A stretch of 64,000 bases of DNA, from contig DKEK01000002.1 of assembly GCA_002452155.1 (NCBI GenBank), positions 85,750 to 149,749 of the forward strand, in the 5' to 3' direction. The stretch is from Candidatus Saccharibacteria bacterium UBA6824 (lineage in GTDB: Bacteria > Patescibacteriota > Saccharimonadia > Saccharimonadales > UBA10212). Made by a program: the position numbers and the translations under genes. The notes under the pieces are model-generated. The model saw nothing but the letters and a program-made list of their open reading frames with translations. It had not been told where the DNA came from and made no database searches. This document shows positions 36,980-45,695 of the stretch, piece after piece (within the stretch, counting starts at the first letter, position 1; each line of letters starts with the position of its first letter).

Positions 36980-38200
36980 ATGCACATTGACCTCAACAGT
37001 TGCTTCTCTACAGTTGAGCAGCAGGCCAGGCCGTTGCTGCGCGGCCGGCCGGTAGGTGTCACTAACCGCAAAACCCCCAATGCCACGGTTGTGGCGGCTT
37101 CTATTGAGGCTAAAGCCCTGGGCGTCAAAGTGGGCATGACGGCACACGACGCCAAGATTCTGGTGCCGGGCTTGGTGATGTTAGAAACCGACCCGCCTAA
37201 ATACCACCACGTTTACCAGATTCTGGTCAATATTATGCGGTCTTATTCGCCCAACATCGTCATGAAAAGCATCGACGAGGGCATCATCAATTTTGAAAGC
37301 ACTATGGGCATTATTAATAAGCGGCCGCTGGCCGATATCGGCTGTGAAATAAAGCAGCGCCTGCGCGACGAAGTCGGCTGCTGGATGAAATGCAACATCG
37401 GTATCGCCCCCAACCGCTTTTTGGCTAAAACCGCCGCCGGGCTTCACAAACCGGATGGGCTGGATACTATCGATCACAAAAACCTCCGAAAAATCTTCTC
37501 TGAATTGCACTTAACCGACCTGAGCGGCATCGCCGAGCGCAATGCTGCCCGGCTAAATGCCCGCGGCATTTTTACCCCCTTGCAATTTCTTGACGCCCCG
37601 GCAGATTTACTCAAACGCCACGTATTTAAGAGTGTTTGCGGCGATGATTGGTATAAGCGTCTGCGGGGCTTTGAGGTAGACGATTTTGAATCCTCGGTCA
37701 AAACTGTCGGCCGGCAGTTTGTTTTAGACGACATGCAGCCCAGCGATGAAGTGCTGCGATCGCGCCTGGCCTACCTGTGTGAAACCACGGCTATGAAGCT
37801 GCGCTATAAGGGGCTGTGCGCCAGAGGCGTATATTTATACCTGTACTACGGCGGCGGCGATTCATGGTATGAGCGCCGGATGTTCAAAAGCACTTTCTTT
37901 TCAAACGCCGAAGTCCATCGCCGGGCAACATTGTTATTTAACCGACGTCCCCGGGGAGACTTCGTGCGCATGATAGCTGTTTCATGCTACGGCCTGGAGC
38001 CTTCCAACTTGAACCAAGTAAGTATATTAGATGAGCTGAACAGGGAAGTCTGGCTGACCGAAGCCGTAGACCAGATTAACAGCCAGTTCGGCGAATTTAC
38101 GGTGACTTATGCCAGCAGCCTGGACGCCAAGAGTGTTGTTAAACAAAAAATCCCGTTTGGGACTACAAGATATTTTGAGCTGCTCCTTAACGGAGCGTGA
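36980..38200 (+). CDS. dinB: Y-family DNA polymerase (DinB/UmuC-like)
   Basis: MHIDLNSCFSTVEQ matches the DxDxFFAxVE motif; palm, finger and little-finger layout. Start placed at the ATG at 36980; the longest ORF begins at 36929. Confidence 0.8.
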   Translation: MHIDLNSCFSTVEQQARPLLRGRPVGVTNRKTPNATVVAASIEAKALGVKVGMTAHDAKILVPGLVMLETDPPKYHHVYQILVNIMRSYSPNIVMKSIDEGIINFESTMGIINKRPLADIGCEIKQRLRDEVGCWMKCNIGIAPNRFLAKTAAGLHKPDGLDTIDHKNLRKIFSELHLTDLSGIAERNAARLNARGIFTPLQFLDAPADLLKRHVFKSVCGDDWYKRLRGFEVDDFESSVKTVGRQFVLDDMQPSDEVLRSRLAYLCETTAMKLRYKGLCARGVYLYLYYGGGDSWYERRMFKSTFFSNAEVHRRATLLFNRRPRGDFVRMIAVSCYGLEPSNLNQVSILDELNREVWLTEAVDQINSQFGEFTVTYASSLDAKSVVKQKIPFGTTRYFELLLNGA

Positions 38201-38272
38201 TTGTAAAATTAGCCGTAAAAACAGATAATGTAACCATTACAAGCTTCAGGAAGCTCGAGGTGGGCAATATAA

Positions 38273-39517
38273 ATGTTTTTTAAGAAAAAAACTGAGGGTC
38301 AAGGCAATAGCCCAAACGAGACATTGGCGGTTAGCGATAAGCTGGCCAAAGAGCAGGGGCTTAGCTCGGAATTTATATTAGGCGCCATTGAGGACGGCGT
38401 AGTCATGGTCGGCGCCGACAATATAATCCACCTGTTTAACCCAGCTGCTGGCCAAATTACCGGTTGGCCGGCGAATGAGGCTGTGGGCCTGGAATTCCAC
38501 AGTGTGTTGCCGCTGGTAGATGAACATGGCAGCCCTATCGCCGCAACTTTGCATCCCTTTGCCGCAGTTTTAGCCAGCGGTAAGGGCGTACGCGACAGCA
38601 AAAGCTTTTTGCAGACACGTAGCGGCAAGTTAATCCCTATTTCATTAATCGTCTCACCGATGGCCGGTAGCGTCGAGCGGGCACCGCGCGGTGTAGTCGG
38701 CGTTTTTCGCGACATCACCACCGAAAAGCAGGAAGAAGCTCGCCGCAGCGAATTTGTCAGTACTGCCAGCCACGAAATGCGGACGCCTATAGCGGCTATC
38801 GAAGGCTATCTGTCACTGGCGCTTAATCCCAAAGTGGCGCAGATCGACCCCCACGCCAAAAGTTATCTCGAAAAAGCCCACGTCGCCACCCAACATCTGG
38901 GTGAGTTGTTCGCCGACCTTCTAACCAGTTCTAAGGCCGAGGATGGCCGGATTGCCAGCTATCCGACAGCCGTCGAAGTCGGTGAGATCGTAGCCCAAGC
39001 CGCCGAGACCGGCCGCTTTAACGCCCAGAAGAAGGGCCTACAGCTCAAATATCAGGTCAGCAGCAACAAAGAAGTAACCGGCGGCAAGGTTATCCGGCCG
39101 CTATTTTACGCCTTCGTGGACCCCAACCGCTTGCGCGAAGTGCTGCAAAATCTAATTGACAACGCCATAAAGTACACGCCCGAAGGCACTATTACAGTAG
39201 CCTTAACCGGCGACAACAGTGTCATCCAAATGCAGGTAAAGGACACCGGTGCCGGTATACCCGAAGAGGACATCCCCCATCTGTTCCAGAAGTTCTACCG
39301 GGTAGATAGTTCAATGACCAGATCAATCGGCGGTACCGGCTTGGGCCTATACATCAGCCGCAAGATCGTCGAGATGTACAACGGCCATATCTGGGTCGAA
39401 AGCCAGCTTGATAAGGGCAGTACCTTCTTCATAAACTTGCCGCGGCTGAGCGCCGAACAGGCACTGGCAATGCAAAAGAACCAGGCCAATGTTGTCAGCC
39501 CTTTGGAACAACACTAA
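38273..39517 (+). CDS. Cytoplasmic PAS-domain sensor histidine kinase
   Basis: No TM; a PAS-like N-terminus; H-box SHEMRTPI, N-box LIDNAIKY, GTGLGLYI. Confidence 0.85.
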   Translation: MFFKKKTEGQGNSPNETLAVSDKLAKEQGLSSEFILGAIEDGVVMVGADNIIHLFNPAAGQITGWPANEAVGLEFHSVLPLVDEHGSPIAATLHPFAAVLASGKGVRDSKSFLQTRSGKLIPISLIVSPMAGSVERAPRGVVGVFRDITTEKQEEARRSEFVSTASHEMRTPIAAIEGYLSLALNPKVAQIDPHAKSYLEKAHVATQHLGELFADLLTSSKAEDGRIASYPTAVEVGEIVAQAAETGRFNAQKKGLQLKYQVSSNKEVTGGKVIRPLFYAFVDPNRLREVLQNLIDNAIKYTPEGTITVALTGDNSVIQMQVKDTGAGIPEEDIPHLFQKFYRVDSSMTRSIGGTGLGLYISRKIVEMYNGHIWVESQLDKGSTFFINLPRLSAEQALAMQKNQANVVSPLEQH

Positions 39518-39565
39518 TAAAATGGGTGTTAAATTGAAGCATAAGCGTATAAAATTAAGCTAACT

Positions 39566-40357
39566 ATGGCAAAGATTCTTTTAGTTGAGGACGACAATAA
39601 CCTGCGCGAAATATTCGAGATGCGCTTGCAGGCGGAGGGCTACGAAACCTTGACTGCCAGCGACGGCGAAGAGGCCCTAGTGGTCGCCCTCAAAGAGAAA
39701 CCCGAGCTAATTATCGCCGATGTCATGATGCCCAAAATGAGCGGTTTTGAGATGCTGGAGACCATGCGGGCCGCACCGGATACCAGCAAAATCAAAGTGA
39801 TCATGATGACCGCCCTGGGTCAGGCCGAAGACCAGGCTCGCGGCGAAAAACTAGGCGTGGTAAAATATCTAGTGAAATCCCAAGTCACACTGGAAGATTT
39901 CGTTCGTGTTGTTAAGGAAGTTGTCCAACCCGGCGCCAAGACTGGCGGCGAACAACCAAATAAGACGACCGAACCTGTCCAAGGAGACGAAAAATCAACT
40001 AACGATAAAGAAAGCGAGCAAATTATGCCCCCAGCAGACAGCAACCCAAAACCAACTAACGGCGCCCCGGCCCCCGGTGGCGACAACCCAATCAGCGGTG
40101 CTCCAGCCGCCGATGACCAAATGAGCACCTCCCAGGCCAAAGACGACATGAATAAGCAAGTCGATGACGCCATGGGCGGTCCAGGCGCTCCAGCTGCGCC
40201 GGCAGGGCCAGCCAGCGACCCGGCTGCACCGGCCGGTGATGATATGCCAGCCGAGCCAGCACCCGGCCCTGATGCCCCGGCTCCAACGCCGCCTCCATCG
40301 GAAGGTGGCGGCCCGGCTAACGGTCCTGGCACCCCAACGCCTCCCGGCGGAATGTAA
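39566..40357 (+). CDS. Response regulator with a receiver domain only, plus a long acidic Pro/Ala-rich C-terminal tail
   Basis: ILLVEDD...IIADVMMPK...MMTA receiver motifs; residues 120-263 are low-complexity with no DNA-binding output. Confidence 0.8.
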   Translation: MAKILLVEDDNNLREIFEMRLQAEGYETLTASDGEEALVVALKEKPELIIADVMMPKMSGFEMLETMRAAPDTSKIKVIMMTALGQAEDQARGEKLGVVKYLVKSQVTLEDFVRVVKEVVQPGAKTGGEQPNKTTEPVQGDEKSTNDKESEQIMPPADSNPKPTNGAPAPGGDNPISGAPAADDQMSTSQAKDDMNKQVDDAMGGPGAPAAPAGPASDPAAPAGDDMPAEPAPGPDAPAPTPPPSEGGGPANGPGTPTPPGGM

Positions 40358-40383
40358 GCCGGAAGACGGAAGACAGAACTAGA

Positions 40384-40410
40384 ACGCGCCCTGAACAGGG
40401 CGCGTTTTTA
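40384..40410 (+). terminator. Rho-independent terminator after the response-regulator gene
   Basis: ACGCGCCCTG-AA-CAGGGCGCGT hairpin followed by TTTTT. Confidence 0.75.
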
Positions 40411-40537
40411 TTAAGTATTTATATTATTCTGCTATCGGGAAGGTAGCCCAAGAAAATGTACTCCATTTTCCCGGAGCGGATAGGAAACCCGCGATGCGGG
40501 TGTCTTATAAGGCGTTAGCCGCTATAATACCCCTGAT

Positions 40538-41851
40538 ATGAGTAAATCAGTCCCTATTGTGGCCATTGCCGGACGGGCCAATGTCGGTAAATCAAGCCTG
40601 TTTAACTCCCTAATTGGGCGCCGTGAAGCTATTGTGGCCGAGGAACCCGGCACGACCCGTGACAGTGTGACGGCCAAGGCCAGCTACGAGGGCAAAGACT
40701 TTTGGCTGGTCGATACTGCCGGGCTGAAATCGGCGCAGGACAGCTTCGAGCTATCGATTCAAGACCAGATTAGTGAGGCGGCCGCCAGTGCCGATCTTAT
40801 ATTAGTGGTCGTCGAAGCCGATGTACCACCCACCCAGGAAGACAGGCGAGTTGCCACCATGGCCCTAAAGAGCAAAAAGCCGGTGCTGCTAGTCGTTAAT
40901 AAGATTGATAAAAACCCCAAGGGCGACCTTACGGTCTGGCAAAAACTGGGTATTAAAACCATCCTGGCAACCAGTACTACCCAAAGAAAGGGCGTCACCG
41001 AGCTGTTAGCAGCGGTAGCCAGCCAGTTGCCGCGGGCTAAGATAAAAACAGAGGGCAACCGAGTAAAAGTAGCCTTGCTGGGACGGCCGAATGTCGGCAA
41101 ATCGGCCTTATTCAACACACTCGGAGCCAAGCAGCAGGCAATTGTGGCAGAGAAGGCGGGCACTACACGTGATGTTAATCGAGTGGTGGTGCGTTATCAT
41201 GAGCGCGAGATCGAGTTAATGGATACGGCCGGGATTCGCCGCAGTGGCAAAATCGAGCGCGGCGTAGAGCACTTTAGCGTGCTGCGGGCCCTGGCCGCAG
41301 CAGAAGAAGCTGACGTGGCTTTGCTCCTAATGGATGTAAACGAACTCAACGTGCAACTGGACCAAAAAATCGCCGGGCTGGTCAAAGAGGCCGCCAAGGG
41401 TTTGGTTTTGGTGGTTAGCAAGTGGGACAGCGCCGATAAAGACAGCTTTACGCGCGACGCTTTGGCGCCGCAGATAGCCGCTACATTCCCATACGTACCG
41501 TGGGCACCGCTGATCTTTACAAGCGCGGTGACGGGGCAAAACGTTACCAAGATATTCGATTTAGTGCTGGAAATTGCCCAGAACCGGGCCCAAAAATTCA
41601 AGACTGCCGAACTCAATAAATGGCTGCAACACGCCATTAACCAGCACCCGCCGGCTGGCCTAAAAGGCCGCAACCCAAAGCTCAATTACATGGTCCAAGA
41701 GGAAGATATAGATATGCCCAGTTTCAAAATCTTCGGTGGCCACACTAAATTCCTGCACTGGAGCTACAAACGCTACTTGGAGCGCAGCTTCCGCGAGCAA
41801 TGGCCGCTAAACGGCACGCCGCTTAAATTCTGGTTTATAGAAAAACATTAA
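40538..41851 (+). CDS. der: Ribosome-biogenesis GTPase Der (EngA), tandem GTPase domains plus KH-like domain
   Basis: Two G-domains (GRANVGKSSLFN and GRPNVGKSALFN, DTAG x2, NKID/SKWD). Confidence 0.9.
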   Translation: MSKSVPIVAIAGRANVGKSSLFNSLIGRREAIVAEEPGTTRDSVTAKASYEGKDFWLVDTAGLKSAQDSFELSIQDQISEAAASADLILVVVEADVPPTQEDRRVATMALKSKKPVLLVVNKIDKNPKGDLTVWQKLGIKTILATSTTQRKGVTELLAAVASQLPRAKIKTEGNRVKVALLGRPNVGKSALFNTLGAKQQAIVAEKAGTTRDVNRVVVRYHEREIELMDTAGIRRSGKIERGVEHFSVLRALAAAEEADVALLLMDVNELNVQLDQKIAGLVKEAAKGLVLVVSKWDSADKDSFTRDALAPQIAATFPYVPWAPLIFTSAVTGQNVTKIFDLVLEIAQNRAQKFKTAELNKWLQHAINQHPPAGLKGRNPKLNYMVQEEDIDMPSFKIFGGHTKFLHWSYKRYLERSFREQWPLNGTPLKFWFIEKH

Positions 41852-41866
41852 GGTTACAATAAGAAA

Positions 41867-42523
41867 ATGGCACTTTTCCAGAAAAAACCGCAGGTTAGTG
41901 ACACGATGCCGCTTTATACAATCGGTTCGAATAAGACAGTTTTGATTATTGGTTTGGGCAACCCCGGCCAGCAGTACGCTGGTACGCGCCATAATGTCGG
42001 CTTTGAAGTTTTGGACCATTTCGCAAAAAAGAATGATTTTCCGGCTTGGATGGCCAAAAGGGACTTGAAGTGTGAGCTAACAATGGCTAATCTAGGTGAA
42101 AACCGGGTTATTTTATGTAAGCCTACTACGTTTATGAACCTCAGCGGTGAAGCCGGCCAAGCGGTGCAACATTTCTACCGGGTTTATAACCCCCAGACGC
42201 TGGTTGTTTACGACGAGCTGGCAATTGCGTTCGGACAGCTTAGAACCCGCCTGGGCGGCTCTGACGCCGGCCACAACGGCGTAAAATCATTGATCGCCCA
42301 CCTAGGCGAAGATTTCGGCCGCCTGAGGATCGGCATTGGCCAACAAACCGCTGAAAAAACCGCCCCCTCGTCCAAAGAAGCCAATACCAGCAAATATGTG
42401 CTTAGTAAGTTCAGCAAAGAAGAGCAGGCGATACTCCCCAAAATCCTACAGGAAGCCAACGGCCTTATCACCGAATACATCTTTGGCGGCGCCTTGCCGA
42501 ACGACACCCGCACAGTTTTATAA
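41867..42523 (+). CDS. pth: Peptidyl-tRNA hydrolase
   Basis: LIIGLGNPGQQYAGTRHNVGF...DELAIAFGQLR...GHNG. Confidence 0.9.
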   Translation: MALFQKKPQVSDTMPLYTIGSNKTVLIIGLGNPGQQYAGTRHNVGFEVLDHFAKKNDFPAWMAKRDLKCELTMANLGENRVILCKPTTFMNLSGEAGQAVQHFYRVYNPQTLVVYDELAIAFGQLRTRLGGSDAGHNGVKSLIAHLGEDFGRLRIGIGQQTAEKTAPSSKEANTSKYVLSKFSKEEQAILPKILQEANGLITEYIFGGALPNDTRTVL

Positions 42524-43133
42524 AATACAACTCGCTGGAGAGCCTTTATGGCCGGGTTCCTAAAAGACCTCCAGAGGGGGTGGGCACCGCTGGAGGCCTA
42601 TTACACCCTTCAACCCCACCATAAGCGAAGCGTCGAAAGTATCCGCTATAAAAGCTAAGATATTCGTGCCGCCCCTGGATAAATCCAGGGAACATCGTTG
42701 CCGACCCGCCGACCCACATTGAACGTAGAGTCATCCTGCAGCCGTCCGAAGATGGAGCAGGGCAGAGTTAAAGGGAATAAACTGTTTAAGATTTCCCACC
42801 CAATTTTTAAGCTTAAACAGTTGTATTTGCTTTTGGCGGTTACTATACTCATGTTAAAACCAAAAAATTGGGTGGGACCAACGGGTAAGTGGAGGGTATC
42901 AACTTAAACGCTAGATCTTAAACACTTAATAACAAGTGCAAAAAACACTTATCATTTGGGGGTATAAGGTGCGTAATCCTAACGTAATGAGGATTACGAG
43001 TTGCAATTTTAGCAGAAATGTGACATTAAGTCAATAGTAGAAAATGAAACTAAATGAAAGTCAATAGCCTTAAGCGCTTTCCTATCCCTTTGAGCCAAGT
43101 ACACAAAAAAATTAGTCGTGCTAACATAAAAAT

Positions 43134-43361
43134 ATGAAGAAAAAGCAGAGTTGGTGGGAGGAAGTATTAAAAGCAGTAGGCTATATTCTTGGCTCTTTCT
43201 TTATTGGAGCAACTTTCCTTATTGCTGTTGAAGCAATTGGTTCAACGCTGGCTGACAAAAACATTAGCCTTTGGGAATGGTATACCTTCTCAACCTTAAC
43301 CGGAGGATTTCTGTGGTGGTTATGGCAAACTTTAGTACCTGAAAATAAGGACGATAATTAG
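43134..43361 (+). CDS. Small two-TM membrane protein inside the mobile element
   Basis: 75-aa ORF with two hydrophobic helices and a Trp-rich C-terminus (WWLWQ). Confidence 0.3.
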   Translation: MKKKQSWWEEVLKAVGYILGSFFIGATFLIAVEAIGSTLADKNISLWEWYTFSTLTGGFLWWLWQTLVPENKDDN

Positions 43362-43392
43362 GCTATGAGCAAAAAACTCTTTAAAAGACTGA

Positions 43393-44310
43393 TTAAGACC
43401 GCTTCAACGCCCGTTCCAAAAGAACAGGACAAACAGCTTCAAAGCGGTGGTTATAACGAAAGACAAACTCCGAAACGTAAGAGTCCAAATACTTCGGAGA
43501 AACGTAGTGATAGGTCCCGTTGATAGAACGCTTTAGTTGCGACCAAAAGCCCTCTAAGTTGTTAGTATGTACGCCGTTTTCAACATAGTGCCCAACGCCA
43601 TGGTCTACAGTCAAGTGCTTGAAATCCCGGTGGGCATTTGTATATATTTTGCTCTTGTCAGTATGCAGAACAGCGTTAGGTTGTATGTTGGCCTTTAAGT
43701 AGGGCATAACTGTAAAGGCACTTGCACCGTCTACGACTTTGGCCTTTATTTTGCCACGCTTTTCAGCAATGCCGACAACCGGCACTTTATTATCATAGGA
43801 ATGAGCCTGTCGTCTGCGGCCACCAATATATGTTTCATCAGCTTCAACTACCCCAATCAATCTTTCAGCGTCCTGTTTCATGAGTAGGCGTATCTGTTTA
43901 GCCATGCGCCAAGCGGTTTTGTACGTTACGCCGAGGTGTCGCTCAAGTTCTTTGGCCGATACCCCGTTCTTAGCAACTGAAACTAAATAGATGGCATGAA
44001 ACCAGCTAGTTAGGGGAGTCCGGGAGCTACGGAATATCGTATTGGCTAGAGGGTACAACTGATAACCACAGTGCATACAAGCATATGACTGGCGTTTCTT
44101 GACCCGGTAGAACTTAGTTTCAGCCGCACACTTCGGACAGAACTTTAAGTCGCCGTAGCGGTTATCAAAGACGGCTTGCAGGCAAGCATTGTCGTCTGGA
44201 TATTCCGCTTGGAACTGCTTGTAAGTGTATCTCATACCTCTAATTGTACAGGCTAGATACTTGTCTGTCAAGGAATTAAGTAAGGAGTAAGTGTTGTACT
44301 TTTTGTTCAC
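43393..44310 (-). CDS. IS1595-family transposase (zinc-ribbon plus DDE domain)
   Basis: N-terminal C..C...C..C zinc ribbon (CPKCAA...CMHCGY) then the DDE region (VEADETYIGG...HTDKSKIY...NLEGFWSQLKR). Confidence 0.8.
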   Translation of the reverse strand: MNKKYNTYSLLNSLTDKYLACTIRGMRYTYKQFQAEYPDDNACLQAVFDNRYGDLKFCPKCAAETKFYRVKKRQSYACMHCGYQLYPLANTIFRSSRTPLTSWFHAIYLVSVAKNGVSAKELERHLGVTYKTAWRMAKQIRLLMKQDAERLIGVVEADETYIGGRRRQAHSYDNKVPVVGIAEKRGKIKAKVVDGASAFTVMPYLKANIQPNAVLHTDKSKIYTNAHRDFKHLTVDHGVGHYVENGVHTNNLEGFWSQLKRSINGTYHYVSPKYLDSYVSEFVFRYNHRFEAVCPVLLERALKRS

Positions 44311-45605
44311 TAATCGTCAAGTAAACCTACGTCTTTTAAACGTTTGTAGAAGAGTTTCCCCTGCAATCCAGTCTCAATTACTTCTTCCATATCACTATGA
44401 TTTTTTATGTAGTGACTTTCGCTGAAAGTTATGCCTACGCTTTCTTCGGGTTTGGTGTGACGCATTACCTCACGGCTGGACACTCGATGCTTATAAGGCA
44501 GTTTTTGGTCTTTACCATAATCTTTCCATGCATTAGGAGTCATGCCGGTAACACCAACCGTAATATCGCTAGTAACAATATCGTATCTGTCACCTACCGC
44601 TTTAATCTTGCTGTGAAATCTCTTATTTTCATTCACTTGAAAGTTTCTGGACTCATATCTTTTAAACAGAGCTACGACCTGTTCAGCGGTGCTGATACCT
44701 AGCCCTTCGCTTACTTTTGCAAGCTCACTGGCCGCCTTATCGCTATTGCCGGATATGGCTAGTCCAACGGCTTCTAGAGTTGAACTTGCAAGATTGTAGA
44801 GCTGTTCAGCACGAGCTGGATAGTCTGGAGTACGGCCACTTTGTTTGAACGCCACCAGCAACTCAGGCACTAATTCAAATGGCAGAAGTGGGGTAAAACC
44901 TTTTTCGAACCCCTTGACGAATGGTCCACTGATTTGTGGACCATCAAGTTTACGGTTGTGGATACTTACCACAAACTTTTTAAAACTTGTTCCTTGCACC
45001 CACTTAGAAAATGCGTCTGACCGCACTCCGATAAAGTCGGCTATGGACGGAAGGCTGAATAAGAAATAGCTTTTTACTTCGACTCCCGCCACAACGTCAG
45101 TTTTGACCTCAACCAGCCTAATCTCACTGGGGAAAACTCCGGCAGGAACTTTAGGGCTTCTAGTGGGGCCTATGGCTTGTTCTATGGCTCCCTCAACATT
45201 AACTGGCTCATCGAGTACTTCCACTACCGCTTCGGGTTCTGACATAATCCACTCCTTAATACCCAGAAGCTTCTTAATTAGGTCTTCTTCATTCTCTTTA
45301 TCTGTTTCAACGGCTACGTAGCGACCAAAAATGCCATCAGCTACCATTCGTTTTGGCTCAGCAGAATTATCATAAAAGACATTGGCGTTTTTTAGCTCCG
45401 GGACTGTACTATAAATCCTAGCCTTCAGTTCATTTATATAGGCCTCGACTACCTTGTTTGGTAGAAAACATTGCTGACCTCTTAATGCAAAAGCCCTAAT
45501 TTTACCAGCCTTCTGGAAGCGATAAGTACGTTGGCGATAGAAGTATTTTGCGCCTAGCTCGGCCTCAAGCTCAACGGCGGTCATCAGTTTATACATATTA
45601 CTCAT
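44310..45605 (-). CDS. Hypothetical 431-aa protein with an N-terminal excisionase/MerR-like HTH (HTH_17-like), translationally coupled to the transposase
   Basis: LMTAVELEAELGAKYFYRQRTYRFQKAGKIRAF fits the HTH_17 pattern. A one-nucleotide overlap joins its stop to the transposase start. Low GC. No other domain recognised. Confidence 0.45.
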   Translation of the reverse strand: MSNMYKLMTAVELEAELGAKYFYRQRTYRFQKAGKIRAFALRGQQCFLPNKVVEAYINELKARIYSTVPELKNANVFYDNSAEPKRMVADGIFGRYVAVETDKENEEDLIKKLLGIKEWIMSEPEAVVEVLDEPVNVEGAIEQAIGPTRSPKVPAGVFPSEIRLVEVKTDVVAGVEVKSYFLFSLPSIADFIGVRSDAFSKWVQGTSFKKFVVSIHNRKLDGPQISGPFVKGFEKGFTPLLPFELVPELLVAFKQSGRTPDYPARAEQLYNLASSTLEAVGLAISGNSDKAASELAKVSEGLGISTAEQVVALFKRYESRNFQVNENKRFHSKIKAVGDRYDIVTSDITVGVTGMTPNAWKDYGKDQKLPYKHRVSSREVMRHTKPEESVGITFSESHYIKNHSDMEEVIETGLQGKLFYKRLKDVGLLDD

Positions 45606-45695
45606 GTCAGTTACACTCCTGTTACAGTTATACTATATATTGTAACACACCCAATCAAGAGCCGCTTAAGCGTTTTTACAGTTTATACTTGGCTC

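Noticed and set aside
40060-40350. GC-rich repetitive stretch considered as a CRISPR-like or minisatellite array
   Set aside because: No regular repeat-spacer periodicity; it is the in-frame Pro/Ala-rich tail of the response regulator.
42524-42900. RNase P RNA, on either strand
   Set aside because: One strand has AGGAACCCGGCCAUA resembling CR-V and the other has GGCCGGGUUCC resembling CR-I. These are the same nearly self-complementary site read on opposite strands, and neither strand has an independent CCGG-containing partner to form P4. The AGGGUGAAA-type CR-II is also absent.
42524-42900. tmRNA, standard or permuted
   Set aside because: Neither strand has a credible tRNA-like end (T-arm GGUUCGAUUCC plus acceptor ending ACCA pairing with a 5' GGGG strand), and no reading frame ends in an Ala-Ala-stop tag. 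The plus-strand ...CAACCCCACCA does not fold into a T-arm with its upstream sequence.
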